64,000 bases of DNA, taken from assembly GCA_965261115.1 (NCBI GenBank), contig OZ253447.1:647625-711624 (forward strand), written 5' to 3'. The stretch is from Candidatus Poribacteria bacterium (lineage in GTDB: Bacteria > Poribacteria > WGA-4E > WGA-3G). The notes under the pieces are model-generated. The model was given only the letters and a program-made list of their open reading frames with translations, was not told where the DNA came from and searched no databases. Shown here one piece after another: positions 9,152-19,122 of this stretch. Each line of letters starts with the position of its first letter. The stretch's first letter is position 1. The translations under genes and the position numbers were made by a program.

Positions 9152-11425
9152 TTATTTCCTGATTAGCATTTTGCGCGTGGCAGTGAAATCGCCTGCAGTG
9201 AGCGTATAGAAATAGACACCACTCGCAACAGGTTCACCGACTTCATTGTGACCATCCCAATACGCAGCACGCGTCCGTTGTTGATATACGCCCGCGGGTT
9301 GGTGTCCTAAGTCCAACGTCCGAACCAATGCACCGTTCACTGCAAAGATCTGTAAAGTGACTTTGGCAGGTGCAGCGAGTTGATACGGTATCCACGTCTC
9401 CGGATTGAACGGATTCGGATAGTTCACAAGCAACACCGTTTTTTCCGGCAGTAACAACGCTAAAAGTCGTTGCAGATTCGCGATACCTTGTTGGAAAACA
9501 ACCGAACCGTCGTTTTCAACTTGTGCTTGTGCGATCCACGCCTTTATCATCGCCGGATCTAATCCCACGCCGTTTAGCGCCAGAACAGAAGGGGCAGCCG
9601 CAATTCCGCTCAATTCTCCGAGGTGTCCCGCAACAAGGATAAGGTCCGAGATGTTGACCGCCCCATCGCCATTTACGTCCGCCCGCGCGTTGGTGGGCCC
9701 AGTTTTTTCGAAGCTCTGCCCTACCAGAATCAGATCGAGAATGCTTGTGATCCCATCTTTATTCACATCATAAGCAGGCACTTCGATCATAACCTTTTTA
9801 TCCGGATGGTTCACCGTATACTCTGTGTCTTTGGAAAAACCAAAAAATCCACTAAACCCGCCATGACCCCGATTGTCAACAGCAACTAATAAAACATTCG
9901 TTCCAGGTTTCAGTGTGACGGGAAACGCATCTTGGAAGTCGCCAGCACCCCGAAGCACAGGGTTGTAGTGTACCACCTCACCGTTGAGCCAGATTTTCAC
10001 CTCATCATCGCTCCCAGCAAGCATCGTTGTATCCTGTTCACGCGGCGATTCCAACGTGACGGAACCATAAACCACGTGGTCATACACCTCCGAACCCGAT
10101 CCCCAACCGAGGGCATCCGTCATTTCATTGATGTTATCCCCACCCGTCGGTGAGAGGGTATGCACCTCCCAGATGCTGCTGCCTACAGACTTCCCTTCGG
10201 TCGCCCCAAAGGTAGCCACTTTCACCTCTGTAACCTTGCCCTTACTCGCCTTTGCCAGCAGATCTGTGTTATCAAGGCGTGCCCCAGGCACAATCACCCA
10301 CAACCAAGGTCCCTCTATTTTTGGTCCTGCTTCCGGGAAAGCGGAGTTAACGAAGTCTGAGTGTGAGATTGATGTGCTCTCAGCGAATCTTTCTAAACTC
10401 GATACGTCTGCTATTGGATTTTCAGTAAGCCCCATCCATGTCAAACTTGGCAAGGATACAAGCGAGGATACATCCGTTATCCGATTCTGACTCAGATCTA
10501 ACCAAGTCAGGTTAGATAACGCTGAAAGTGGAGAGACATCCGATATAGCATTGCGGTGCAGGTCAATCCAAGTCAACCCGTTTAATGCCTCAAGGGGCGA
10601 TATATCCGATATTTCATTACCCTCAAGACTGAGGCGTGTCAACCCTGTTAAACTCGCCAAGGCAGAGATATCGGTAACTTCATTGCCCGGGAGATAGAGT
10701 TCTTTCAGACTCGTTAACCCCTCCAAAGAGGAGACATCCGATATTTCTCCGCCGCAAATATTTATCACCCGCAACTTCGGTAACTTCGCCAAGGGTGCAA
10801 GGTCTAATATAGGCGTGCCCCAAGTGTGAAAGCCCTGCAGGCTGATGAGTCCTGTAAGTGGCGACAGATCAGCCACAGGATTGTGGCTCATCGCTATCGA
10901 CCTAAGTTTTATCAAACCCGCAAGTGGAGACCAGTCGTCTACAACGTTATCTCCAAGATTTACATGCCGCAAGTTGATTAACCCTTTAAGAGGTGATATA
11001 TCGGATATCAAGTTATGTGGGATATGCAAATCACCTAAGTTGATTAACCCCTTAAGAGGTGATATATCGGATACGGTATTATCTTCCAATTGTATGCGAT
11101 GCAATCTGATCAATTCTGCAAGCGGCGATAGATCGGATATCGAATTGTGGTTAAGTCTCAGGTCCTCAAGATTTGTTGCCGTTTCAAGCCCCGTCAAATC
11201 GCTAATGCGTCTGTTATTCGCCTCAAGACGGATCAACCTCTCCATCTCATCCACGGTAACCCGGGCATCCGGTGCTTTATCGAGTGCTTCATTAATCGCT
11301 TCGCGAAGGTTCGCGTCAGGGATGTCAACGGTCTGTGCCCTTGTTATCAATGGAAACAAAAAGAACAGCATTACGCAAAGCGTGAGTGTATAAACAAAAA
11401 TGTGTTTTCTTTTACTGAGTACCAT
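9152..11425 (-). CDS. Secreted LRR / LamG-like / dockerin / T9SS-CTD protein, tandem paralog of the giant protein
   Basis: Signal peptide MVLSKRKHIFVYTLTLCVMLFFLFPLITRAQ; LRR repeats; dockerin DVNKDGITSILDLILVGQ...DVNGDGAVNISDLILVAG; C-terminal ~110 aa nearly identical to the neighbour (ends ...FYTLTAGDFTATRKMLIRK). Confidence 0.75.
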   Translation of the reverse strand: MVLSKRKHIFVYTLTLCVMLFFLFPLITRAQTVDIPDANLREAINEALDKAPDARVTVDEMERLIRLEANNRRISDLTGLETATNLEDLRLNHNSISDLSPLAELIRLHRIQLEDNTVSDISPLKGLINLGDLHIPHNLISDISPLKGLINLRHVNLGDNVVDDWSPLAGLIKLRSIAMSHNPVADLSPLTGLISLQGFHTWGTPILDLAPLAKLPKLRVINICGGEISDVSSLEGLTSLKELYLPGNEVTDISALASLTGLTRLSLEGNEISDISPLEALNGLTWIDLHRNAISDVSPLSALSNLTWLDLSQNRITDVSSLVSLPSLTWMGLTENPIADVSSLERFAESTSISHSDFVNSAFPEAGPKIEGPWLWVIVPGARLDNTDLLAKASKGKVTEVKVATFGATEGKSVGSSIWEVHTLSPTGGDNINEMTDALGWGSGSEVYDHVVYGSVTLESPREQDTTMLAGSDDEVKIWLNGEVVHYNPVLRGAGDFQDAFPVTLKPGTNVLLVAVDNRGHGGFSGFFGFSKDTEYTVNHPDKKVMIEVPAYDVNKDGITSILDLILVGQSFEKTGPTNARADVNGDGAVNISDLILVAGHLGELSGIAAAPSVLALNGVGLDPAMIKAWIAQAQVENDGSVVFQQGIANLQRLLALLLPEKTVLLVNYPNPFNPETWIPYQLAAPAKVTLQIFAVNGALVRTLDLGHQPAGVYQQRTRAAYWDGHNEVGEPVASGVYFYTLTAGDFTATRKMLIRK

Positions 11426-11439
11426 TCAATTTTACCTCC

Positions 11440-12207
11440 TTAGGAGCGTGCCTGTAAGCGTGCAAGTTGTTCTCGGAGGCGTTCGACTTCTGCTTCAGCT
11501 TTCTGTCGGGCAAGAGTTTCTTGTGCCGCGCGTGCCTCCACATCCTCTGCGCGTGCCTCCGCATCCTCTGCGCGTGCCTCCGCATCTTCCGCGCGTGCGG
11601 CGTGCTGCTCCGCTGGCGTTTGGAGCCATTGCTCCGCAACCGGGTCGTAAACCCCCAAACGCCTCTCCCGTATATGGAAATCCAAACCGAGAACATCTGA
11701 ATGCACCCCGCCATCAACACTCGGCAGAATTGGGACATAGACTCCCTTTACCAACTGAAAGCCCATCAACGGTGAAGGCAGATAGAGTGCCTCAGCATCA
11801 TAGAGGAGATAGTTCGGTATGCCGAGCGCAGCGTAGAGCGCCATCTTGTCTGTTAGGTCATTCTGATAGGTCGTTTTGCTTGAGAACTCCATCACGAAAT
11901 CTGGAACCTTTCCCTCTTCCCATACCTTGTAAGTGTGTCGCTTCTTTTGCCCGATACCGAAAGAGACGAGGACATCGGGTGCGACGACTGCGCGGGGGTT
12001 GCCCTCGGTATAATATGTCAGAATATCACCAGAGACATAGACATCCGGCATCTGCGCGAAATGTGCCTTCAGCGTCTGCAAAAGCCAGAAAAGGATTTCG
12101 AGGTGGAGATCGCTAGCTGCCATAGGTTTACCGTCCGTTTCGGGGTAGAGGTCCGTCGTGTCTGTGGGTGCGTAAGGCATGTTACGCCCATTTTTATAGG
12201 TATCCAT
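11440..12207 (-). CDS. Uma2-family (DUF820) PD-(D/E)xK endonuclease-like protein with repetitive C-terminal coiled-coil tail
   Basis: GAGGAG SD. Uma2-like core (...DGKPMAASDLHLEILFWLLQTLKAHF...VYVSGDILTYY...). C-terminal AEDAEAR heptad repeats. Confidence 0.6.
   Translation of the reverse strand: MDTYKNGRNMPYAPTDTTDLYPETDGKPMAASDLHLEILFWLLQTLKAHFAQMPDVYVSGDILTYYTEGNPRAVVAPDVLVSFGIGQKKRHTYKVWEEGKVPDFVMEFSSKTTYQNDLTDKMALYAALGIPNYLLYDAEALYLPSPLMGFQLVKGVYVPILPSVDGGVHSDVLGLDFHIRERRLGVYDPVAEQWLQTPAEQHAARAEDAEARAEDAEARAEDVEARAAQETLARQKAEAEVERLREQLARLQARS
11528..11602. repeat. 21-bp tandem repeat (~3.5 units, GCGCGTGCCTCCGCATCCTCT) inside the 3' part of the Uma2 gene
   Basis: Seen directly; encodes the AEDAEAR repeats; also creates the spurious Pro/Arg-rich ORFs 11400..12116(+) and 11412..11738(-). 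Confidence 0.7.
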
Positions 12208-12662
12208 CGGTGATTCTCCTCGCCGTGGGATGTGTGAAAAACAAGACTAAAGTTTCGATAATAGGACTTACGCAGGATGCTTTTTTGTAGCACAAACTTC
12301 CCAGTTTGTGGCACAAGAACGTTGTGTTTTCCGAAACATTTCATCTAACACAGCCGCCTACAGTCAAAAATTGCGTAAGTCCTGGATAAGTTAAGGATAC
12401 CTTAACATTCGGAGAATGTCAACACTTTTTCAAAAGGAAACATGAGTTGGCAGGTGCAATTTTTCAATCGCAATTCCGCGCTTAAAGGCAGAAATCAAGT
12501 GGAGTCATAATGAAAACTTTATAGGTGGGCTTGCACGAAGTTTGAGAAAATATTCCAGTAATTCTATGAAGAACGTTTGACAATCAAGAAACGTCTCTAA
12601 TCCTAAAAATCCTGAGTCAGATAACCGAGTACTGACAACTGATTGCCGAAGACTGACAACTA

Positions 12663-15245
12663 CTACGCTTTCTGCTTCGGATTCCAGAACGCACAAATCA
12701 CCGCTGTAATCGGGATCGCAAGCACTAAGCCGAGCGTGCCAGCCAATAACCGCACTATTTCTGCGGAGACAACACCGATGCTCAATAACTGCGCAGGCGG
12801 CGATTTAAAGAAGTTCAGATCCGGTGCTACAACCGTGACAACAAGCAGCAACTCCACACCGAGATAGGCAAAGACCAGCGTATTCACCATCGTCCCCAAG
12901 ATGTCCGTACCGACGTTGAGACCGGAGGCGATGAGCCGCCATGTCGGCATATTCGGGTTCGCCTTACGAATCTCCTCCATACTCGATGCCACCTCAATCG
13001 CACCATCAACAGCGACACCTAACACCCCCATCAACATCCCCGCCAAGAGGATTTGCACGAAATCGAAGGGTGGCGTGCGTGTCGCCTCTATAATATCCGC
13101 TGAAATCGCATTCTCTAACCCAGAAAAATGGAGATGCTGCTGCGCAAACAGGACAATCAGACCCGCAACCAAAATACCACCCATCGTCCCCAACACGGCT
13201 GAAAACGTCTTCCGACTCGGACCGATAACGAACACCAGCGACACAAACGCCACCACGCCTGATGTTAGCGTCACGATAAACACCGCATTCGCGCCGCCCG
13301 AAATCAACGGCAGCATGAAGAAATAGATGACAGCCGCTGAGATCAGCATCGCACACGCCGTACGGATGCCTTCAATCCGACCCACGAGGATAATCAGGAG
13401 CAGCATCCCACCAACCATCCAAATCAGGAACCGGTCCCTACCGTAATCTTGGACGATGTTAACGAGACTCACCTGTTCAGGATCGCCCGCGACACGGCAC
13501 AGGATAACGTCACCCGGCTCCGCAGGAATACTCAGCAACGGCATATTGTGATTCACGATATTCCGTAACACCAAGCGTCTGCCTTTATACATCCCGCTCA
13601 GCATCTCCACCTCAAGGATATGATGCTCGCTTTTCGATTCATAGACACCGAGAACGGTTCTCTCTCCATGATCCGTCTCACGAATACTATAGGTCTGCTC
13701 ATATTTAACATCCGAAAGGAGCCAGCGACTGTCTTTCCACGGTTTCACGGATACAGTGACCTCGTCAGATAACGGAATGTTCTCCTTGTTGAACGCCTCA
13801 CGCAAAGCCGAAGGAACAACCTGTTTGTCCAACTCACTTATAGCACTGCTGTCAATATCAAAAAGGAAATTGCCGTTCGACTCAAGCAGTTGGACGACTC
13901 TACCTTTCGCGTACTCCGACTGTTCTGAGATTGCAGCGGAGAGTCCGTGCGTTCGATGGTACACAAAGATTGTGCCAATCAGGACAATCCCCATCGCAAT
14001 CGGCACAGCAATACGTGCCTTGCTATGCGGCGGATCAGCACGGAACAACTCCTCTAACTCTTCCTCTGAAGGCAGGTCTTCATGAATTTCGGATCTGTCT
14101 ACCTGCGTGTATTGCGTCAGAAACCCCGCAACGGATGCCGCAATCGGGACCGTCAACACCAATCCGATGGTGCCTACCACCGCCTGAATAATCGCAACAG
14201 CCGTCGCTTCATCGTTGACGAGACGGAGAAATGGATAGAGGTAACCGACTTCTGGGAATTCGATGCGCGGGAGCAGCATCGTCATCATGTGCGCGCCGAG
14301 GTAGGCGAAAATGAGCGTGTCCGCCATTGTCCCCATAATGTCGCGTCCGACATTCAGCCCAGCACGGATCGCCTGTCGCACGGTGATATTCGGGTTCACC
14401 TGCTTGACTTCATGGACACTTGAGGAGATGGACATACTCACATCCATCATCGCACCGACAGCCCCTAAGATGATGCCTGCGGACAGAATGCCTGTGAAGT
14501 TCCAACCGTGTGAGGCGGGGGTCCGCCACAGCGCAATACCGAGTTCAAGGAACCCGAACTCTTGCGCCAATCCTGTGAGTGCCAGCGCATGTTGACTGAT
14601 GACCGACAAAACACCAACAGCAGCTAAGCCGCCGAGCGTGCCAAGCACACCGGAGATGACTTTGAAACTAAACCCTGTAATGAGAAGGAAGGTCGCTAAC
14701 GTGAGGAGGGCAGCAATTAAGAGCGCGACACCAATCGGGTTATAACCGCTAATCGTCAGGGGCACCAGCAGATACAACACAGAAAGCGCAGTGACAAACA
14801 AGGTCAGAATCGCGCGGACACCTTTCATCCCAGCGACAAGGATCATCAGCACGCCCAACGTACCTGCCAGATATAACAGGAACGGCGTACGGAAATACTC
14901 CCGCATCGACACCCGCTCAATTTTCGGGTTCATCGGATCCCGGAGCGGAATATCAAGGAACAGCACATCCCCCTTGTGCACCACCCTGTCCCCGAAGGCG
15001 CGGCCCGTCCAAACGTTGTTGACTTGGACTGTCTCCCCACGAAATTGTCCAGAGAGGATACGGAAGGACAATACTTGGTCCGCCTCGTCGCTCGTATCTA
15101 TTTTAATAACGCGTCCCAAGCAGACCAGCACCTGCAACGCCCCATCGTGCGTCACTTCCGCAAACCGATAAAGTTTCACGTGTAACACAGCAACGCTCAG
15201 CAGGATAAGCAAGATCGCGACGATTTTGATGTTTCTTTCTCGCAT
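12663..15245 (-). CDS. YibE/F-family integral membrane protein with the YibE/F module duplicated in tandem within one polypeptide
   Basis: 860 aa with two homologous halves (e.g. IRAGLNVGRDIMGTMADTLIFAYLGA vs IASGLNVGTDILGTMVNTLVFAYLGV), each preceded by a soluble N-terminal segment and containing multiple TM helices. Confidence 0.6.
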   Translation of the reverse strand: MRERNIKIVAILLILLSVAVLHVKLYRFAEVTHDGALQVLVCLGRVIKIDTSDEADQVLSFRILSGQFRGETVQVNNVWTGRAFGDRVVHKGDVLFLDIPLRDPMNPKIERVSMREYFRTPFLLYLAGTLGVLMILVAGMKGVRAILTLFVTALSVLYLLVPLTISGYNPIGVALLIAALLTLATFLLITGFSFKVISGVLGTLGGLAAVGVLSVISQHALALTGLAQEFGFLELGIALWRTPASHGWNFTGILSAGIILGAVGAMMDVSMSISSSVHEVKQVNPNITVRQAIRAGLNVGRDIMGTMADTLIFAYLGAHMMTMLLPRIEFPEVGYLYPFLRLVNDEATAVAIIQAVVGTIGLVLTVPIAASVAGFLTQYTQVDRSEIHEDLPSEEELEELFRADPPHSKARIAVPIAMGIVLIGTIFVYHRTHGLSAAISEQSEYAKGRVVQLLESNGNFLFDIDSSAISELDKQVVPSALREAFNKENIPLSDEVTVSVKPWKDSRWLLSDVKYEQTYSIRETDHGERTVLGVYESKSEHHILEVEMLSGMYKGRRLVLRNIVNHNMPLLSIPAEPGDVILCRVAGDPEQVSLVNIVQDYGRDRFLIWMVGGMLLLIILVGRIEGIRTACAMLISAAVIYFFMLPLISGGANAVFIVTLTSGVVAFVSLVFVIGPSRKTFSAVLGTMGGILVAGLIVLFAQQHLHFSGLENAISADIIEATRTPPFDFVQILLAGMLMGVLGVAVDGAIEVASSMEEIRKANPNMPTWRLIASGLNVGTDILGTMVNTLVFAYLGVELLLVVTVVAPDLNFFKSPPAQLLSIGVVSAEIVRLLAGTLGLVLAIPITAVICAFWNPKQKA

Positions 15246-15262
15246 TGTATTATTATGAGTCG

Positions 15263-16204
15263 TTAGTTCGTTTTGATCTGCCCCCAGGTCGTCGTCACCT
15301 TCCCAGCAGGCTTAACCGACAGGGGGCCGGGAAATGTTGATTGCCAAGATGGGTTGTACCCCTCAGCTATCAGTTTCATATTTCGTCCATTTTTTTTCAT
15401 CACACCGATAAATACACTGTCTTTCTGTTCAACGTGAAAAGCGATTTGCTGACCGTCGGGTGACCAAGACGGGCGTTCCTCGCCACCAGCTGTCAATTTT
15501 CGGACATTGGAGCCATCGGCATTCATCAAGAAAATCCCACCTCGCCGACTCCAGTCAGAATAAAACGCTATTTGCTGTCCATCCGGTGACCAAGCCGGGT
15601 AACGCTCGTTGTCCGGATGCCGCGTAAGCTCCCTAAACCCGCTTCCATCTACGTTGATGACACAAATGTCAGTAGTTTCTGGGGTATCGCGAGGTTTCCA
15701 GAATTCAAAAGCGAGCCTTTGTCCATCTGGTGACCAGGCGAAATTCCCAATAAAACCTGCATCAGGCACCTGAACCCTTTCCTCTTTTCCTGTTTCAACA
15801 TCGTATAAAGAAAAGTACCAAGCAACAGCAGATACGATTTTGCGTCCATCCGGCGACCAGGCGTAACCGTCAGAAGAAAATTCAGAGGGTATACCTTCCA
15901 TCGCTCTCACATTACGTCCATCTGAATCCATCAAAAGAATCCATTCCTCTTTCGACCTCTTAAAAGCAATTTTTGTTCTGTCTGGCGACCATATTGGCAA
16001 ATGTTCGTCTATATCTGGAGTATTGGTTAGGTTGCGGAGTTGCTTTCCATCCGGACGGACCGTGCAGATTTCGGTGCCTAACCAATCATCACCAATGCAG
16101 ACAAAAACAATTTGAGATGCCCATACTCGAGAGGTTAAATTCCAGGGTATACCACCAACGCTAAGGACTGTTATCACAATTAAAGTCAAGAGGATGCGTC
16201 TCAT
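15263..16204 (-). CDS. TolB-like periplasmic WD40/PD40 beta-propeller protein
   Basis: Start set at MRRILLTLIVITVLS (signal peptide) with AAGGAG SD; repeated WSPDG(Q/R)xIAF motifs typical of PD40 repeats. Confidence 0.65.
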   Translation of the reverse strand: MRRILLTLIVITVLSVGGIPWNLTSRVWASQIVFVCIGDDWLGTEICTVRPDGKQLRNLTNTPDIDEHLPIWSPDRTKIAFKRSKEEWILLMDSDGRNVRAMEGIPSEFSSDGYAWSPDGRKIVSAVAWYFSLYDVETGKEERVQVPDAGFIGNFAWSPDGQRLAFEFWKPRDTPETTDICVINVDGSGFRELTRHPDNERYPAWSPDGQQIAFYSDWSRRGGIFLMNADGSNVRKLTAGGEERPSWSPDGQQIAFHVEQKDSVFIGVMKKNGRNMKLIAEGYNPSWQSTFPGPLSVKPAGKVTTTWGQIKTN

Positions 16205-16418
16205 GGTAATCACTCCTTTATGCAAATGGAATGTATCTATTCGCATACATTGCAATTTACGTGCCAATCTATAACGAGCGGTCCAGGCACGCATAAATAT
16301 CAAGGGGTGCTAAAACCGTCCAAACTTTAGCCATCGCTTACTAAAATTTGAACGATTTATTTTTCTGCACAATACGGGGCAGAAATTAAGGAACACAGCA
16401 CAAATTTGTGCAGAACGC

Positions 16419-18293
16419 TCAGAGATGCTTCCGTATATTCTCAGCGACGCTGCGTGGAATCCCTTTCACAGAGAGCAATGTATCCAGACTCGCCTCTCGG
16501 ATCGCCTCAATAGAACCGAAATGCTGGAGCAGTGCCTGTTTCCGTCTCGGACCGACGTTCGGAATCTCGTCAAGCACAGACGCACTCAGCGACTTCTGTC
16601 GGAGCCTGCGATGATACGTAATCGCAAACCGATGCGCCTCATCACGTAAGCGTTGGATCATGTGTAAAGTCGGATTATCTTCTCGCAACACAATCGGTTC
16701 CGATTTCCCCGGCACGAAAATCTCTTCAATCCGCTTCGCAAGCGCGATCATCGGAATATCGGGAAGATGCGATGCCGCGAAAGCCTTCATAGCCGCCTGT
16801 GCCGCACGCAGCTGACCTTTCCCACCATCAATCAACATGAGATCCGGCAGTTTATTAAATTTCTCATCATCCGCAAGGGCACGGCGGAAGCGACGCGTAA
16901 TAACCTCTTGCATCATCGCGAAATCGTTCTGTCCCTCAACCGAGCGAATCTTGAACCGGCGGTATTCACTTGACACCGGTTTCCCGTCTTCCAAGACTAC
17001 CATCGATCCAACCGCAAATCGATCACCGAGATTAGAAATATCGTAGGCTTCAATCCGTCTGAGCGGGTGTTTCAGTTCAAGCAGTTCCTGTAATTCAACG
17101 AGCGCAGGCTCCACACCACTACTATAAACCACGTTCTGTTCACGCTGCGTCAGCAGAATCTCAGCGTTTTTTGATGCTAAAGTTTGTAACTTCCTGAGCC
17201 GACCCGCTCTCGGCACATGCAACCCGACACGACTCCCACGTTTGCCACTCAGCCAATTCTCAATCACCTCTACCGATTCAATCTGCATCGGCAGAACAAC
17301 CGTCTTCGGAACAAAAACCGCGTTTTGATAATACTGCGAAATAAACGCATTTAACGCCGTCGCGAGCGACCCTGGATCCGCATCGTTGAGATAGTAATGC
17401 TCACGTTCAAGCAGCTTACCATCTCGCACCCGTAGCAGCTGCACGCACGCAATATCAGCCCGTGCGGCAATCCCGATGACATCTTCATCCGCAGCGGAAA
17501 CGCTATCCATGTTTTGTGTTGTAATCGCCTGTTGAACATCCTTAAGCGTGTCCCGATACTTCGCGGCCGTCTCAAAATCGAGTGCATCCGCCGCAGCTTC
17601 CATCTGCTCTGTCAACTCTTTAACAACAGCATCTGTATTCCCACTCAAGAATTGACATACCTTTTGAACGATCTCATCGTAATCTGTGACATCCACCTTA
17701 TCCGCACAAGGGCCCGGACACCGTCCGATGTGATAATCAAGACAGACCCGATACGTGTTACCTGTCTCCGTGAGCGGCAAGGTACAGGTCCGGATCGGAA
17801 AAAACTTCGTCAACTCCTTAAGCACCTGGCGTGTTGAACGCACATGAACAAACGGACCAAAATACCGGGTCCCATCGTTCTCGGCTTTACGGGTAATATG
17901 GATACGCGGAAAAGGCTCATTAGTGGTCACGCGCAGATACGGGTAGCGTTTATCGTCCTTTAACTTAACGTTGTAGCGAGGTTGATGCGCCTTAATCAAG
18001 TTATTCTCTAAAATCAACGCCTCTACTTCTGTCTCTGTAACGATATAATCGATCTCAGTCACATACCGCATCATCTGCGATGTCAACGCCGATGTAGATT
18101 TCTCGCGACTGTTGACAGCAAGTTTTGGCTTGCGAGCTTCGCCAAAATAGGAGCGCACCCGTGTCCGCAAACGGATCGCTTTCCCAACATAGATAACACT
18201 GCCATCGGAGGCTTTCATCAGATAAACCCCCGGCGCATTCGGCAGCGATTGCCACAATTCAGGTGTCGCCTTTTCCCGTTGCTCTGTGTTCAT
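16419..18293 (-). CDS. uvrC: Excinuclease ABC subunit C (UvrC)
   Basis: N-terminal GIY-YIG motif (GVYLMKASDGSVIYVGKAIRLRTRVRSYF), UvrBC-interaction region, C-terminal RNaseH-like/HhH region; 624 aa is typical. Confidence 0.9.
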   Translation of the reverse strand: MNTEQREKATPELWQSLPNAPGVYLMKASDGSVIYVGKAIRLRTRVRSYFGEARKPKLAVNSREKSTSALTSQMMRYVTEIDYIVTETEVEALILENNLIKAHQPRYNVKLKDDKRYPYLRVTTNEPFPRIHITRKAENDGTRYFGPFVHVRSTRQVLKELTKFFPIRTCTLPLTETGNTYRVCLDYHIGRCPGPCADKVDVTDYDEIVQKVCQFLSGNTDAVVKELTEQMEAAADALDFETAAKYRDTLKDVQQAITTQNMDSVSAADEDVIGIAARADIACVQLLRVRDGKLLEREHYYLNDADPGSLATALNAFISQYYQNAVFVPKTVVLPMQIESVEVIENWLSGKRGSRVGLHVPRAGRLRKLQTLASKNAEILLTQREQNVVYSSGVEPALVELQELLELKHPLRRIEAYDISNLGDRFAVGSMVVLEDGKPVSSEYRRFKIRSVEGQNDFAMMQEVITRRFRRALADDEKFNKLPDLMLIDGGKGQLRAAQAAMKAFAASHLPDIPMIALAKRIEEIFVPGKSEPIVLREDNPTLHMIQRLRDEAHRFAITYHRRLRQKSLSASVLDEIPNVGPRRKQALLQHFGSIEAIREASLDTLLSVKGIPRSVAENIRKHL

Positions 18294-18386
18294 CTTTATG
18301 CTCCTATATCGGTTTGTGACACGTTCTGGGGGTCGCGCGACACCTACGAAAACTCAACCTTCGCATAGATCGCCTGTAAAGACAAT

Positions 18387-19106
18387 TCACACCCTATCGA
18401 AACAAGACAAAACTTTCTCATACACCGCCCGATAGATAGATCTACCTTCCAAGACATACTTCATCTCAAAGTTAGTAGCAATATCTTGATCCGGTCTGAG
18501 ATCTGCATCAACAGGACGGAGCAAGGGCAAATCTGTAAGCCGCTCCTGAATCTCCCAAAAGTATTCCGCATAATCCGTCACAATATACAACCGACCGTCA
18601 TCTGAATTGAGTGTGCGCGTCAAGGCTTCCAAAAAGTCTTGATTCCGAAAAATCCGGCGTTTCCGCTGCCGCTTCTTGGGCCACGGATCCGGGAAATAGA
18701 TATGATATGCCTGTACGGACGCCGCAGGCACATATCGGGTCAAAAAGTAGTTGGCATCCGTCCACGCCAGCCGAACATTTGAAAACGTCCCAGACGCTCT
18801 ATCAACACCGAAATGCCCTATGTACTTCTCAAACCGCTCCCGCGTCAATTCAACATACTTCTGTGCACGCTCTATACCGATATAGTTCACCTTCGGATGC
18901 CGTTTCGACGCTTCAAGCAGAAAACGACCCTTACCGAATCCAATCTCTATTTCCACCGGGTGCGTATTCCCGAAAAACACTTCCCAATCAATCGGCGCAG
19001 CCACCTCACTGAGCGGAACAGTGTGTTCTGCGATAATATCAATGATCTGGGAGTGAGAAGTCGTATTCTGATAGTAGAGATCATTGTAGTCAGGATTTTC
19101 ACGCAT
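18387..19106 (-). CDS. trmB: tRNA (guanine46-N7)-methyltransferase TrmB
   Basis: VEIEIGFGKGRFLLEASKRHPKVNYIGIE and PDPWPKKRQRKRR motifs characteristic of TrmB. Confidence 0.8.
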   Translation of the reverse strand: MRENPDYNDLYYQNTTSHSQIIDIIAEHTVPLSEVAAPIDWEVFFGNTHPVEIEIGFGKGRFLLEASKRHPKVNYIGIERAQKYVELTRERFEKYIGHFGVDRASGTFSNVRLAWTDANYFLTRYVPAASVQAYHIYFPDPWPKKRQRKRRIFRNQDFLEALTRTLNSDDGRLYIVTDYAEYFWEIQERLTDLPLLRPVDADLRPDQDIATNFEMKYVLEGRSIYRAVYEKVLSCFDRV

Positions 19107-19122
19107 TTTTTATTAGCTTTTT

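Noticed and set aside
11400-12116. 238-aa plus-strand ORF and 11412..11738(-) ORF rich in Pro/Arg/His
   Set aside because: Artefacts of the 21-bp tandem repeat inside the Uma2 gene; no SD, extreme composition.
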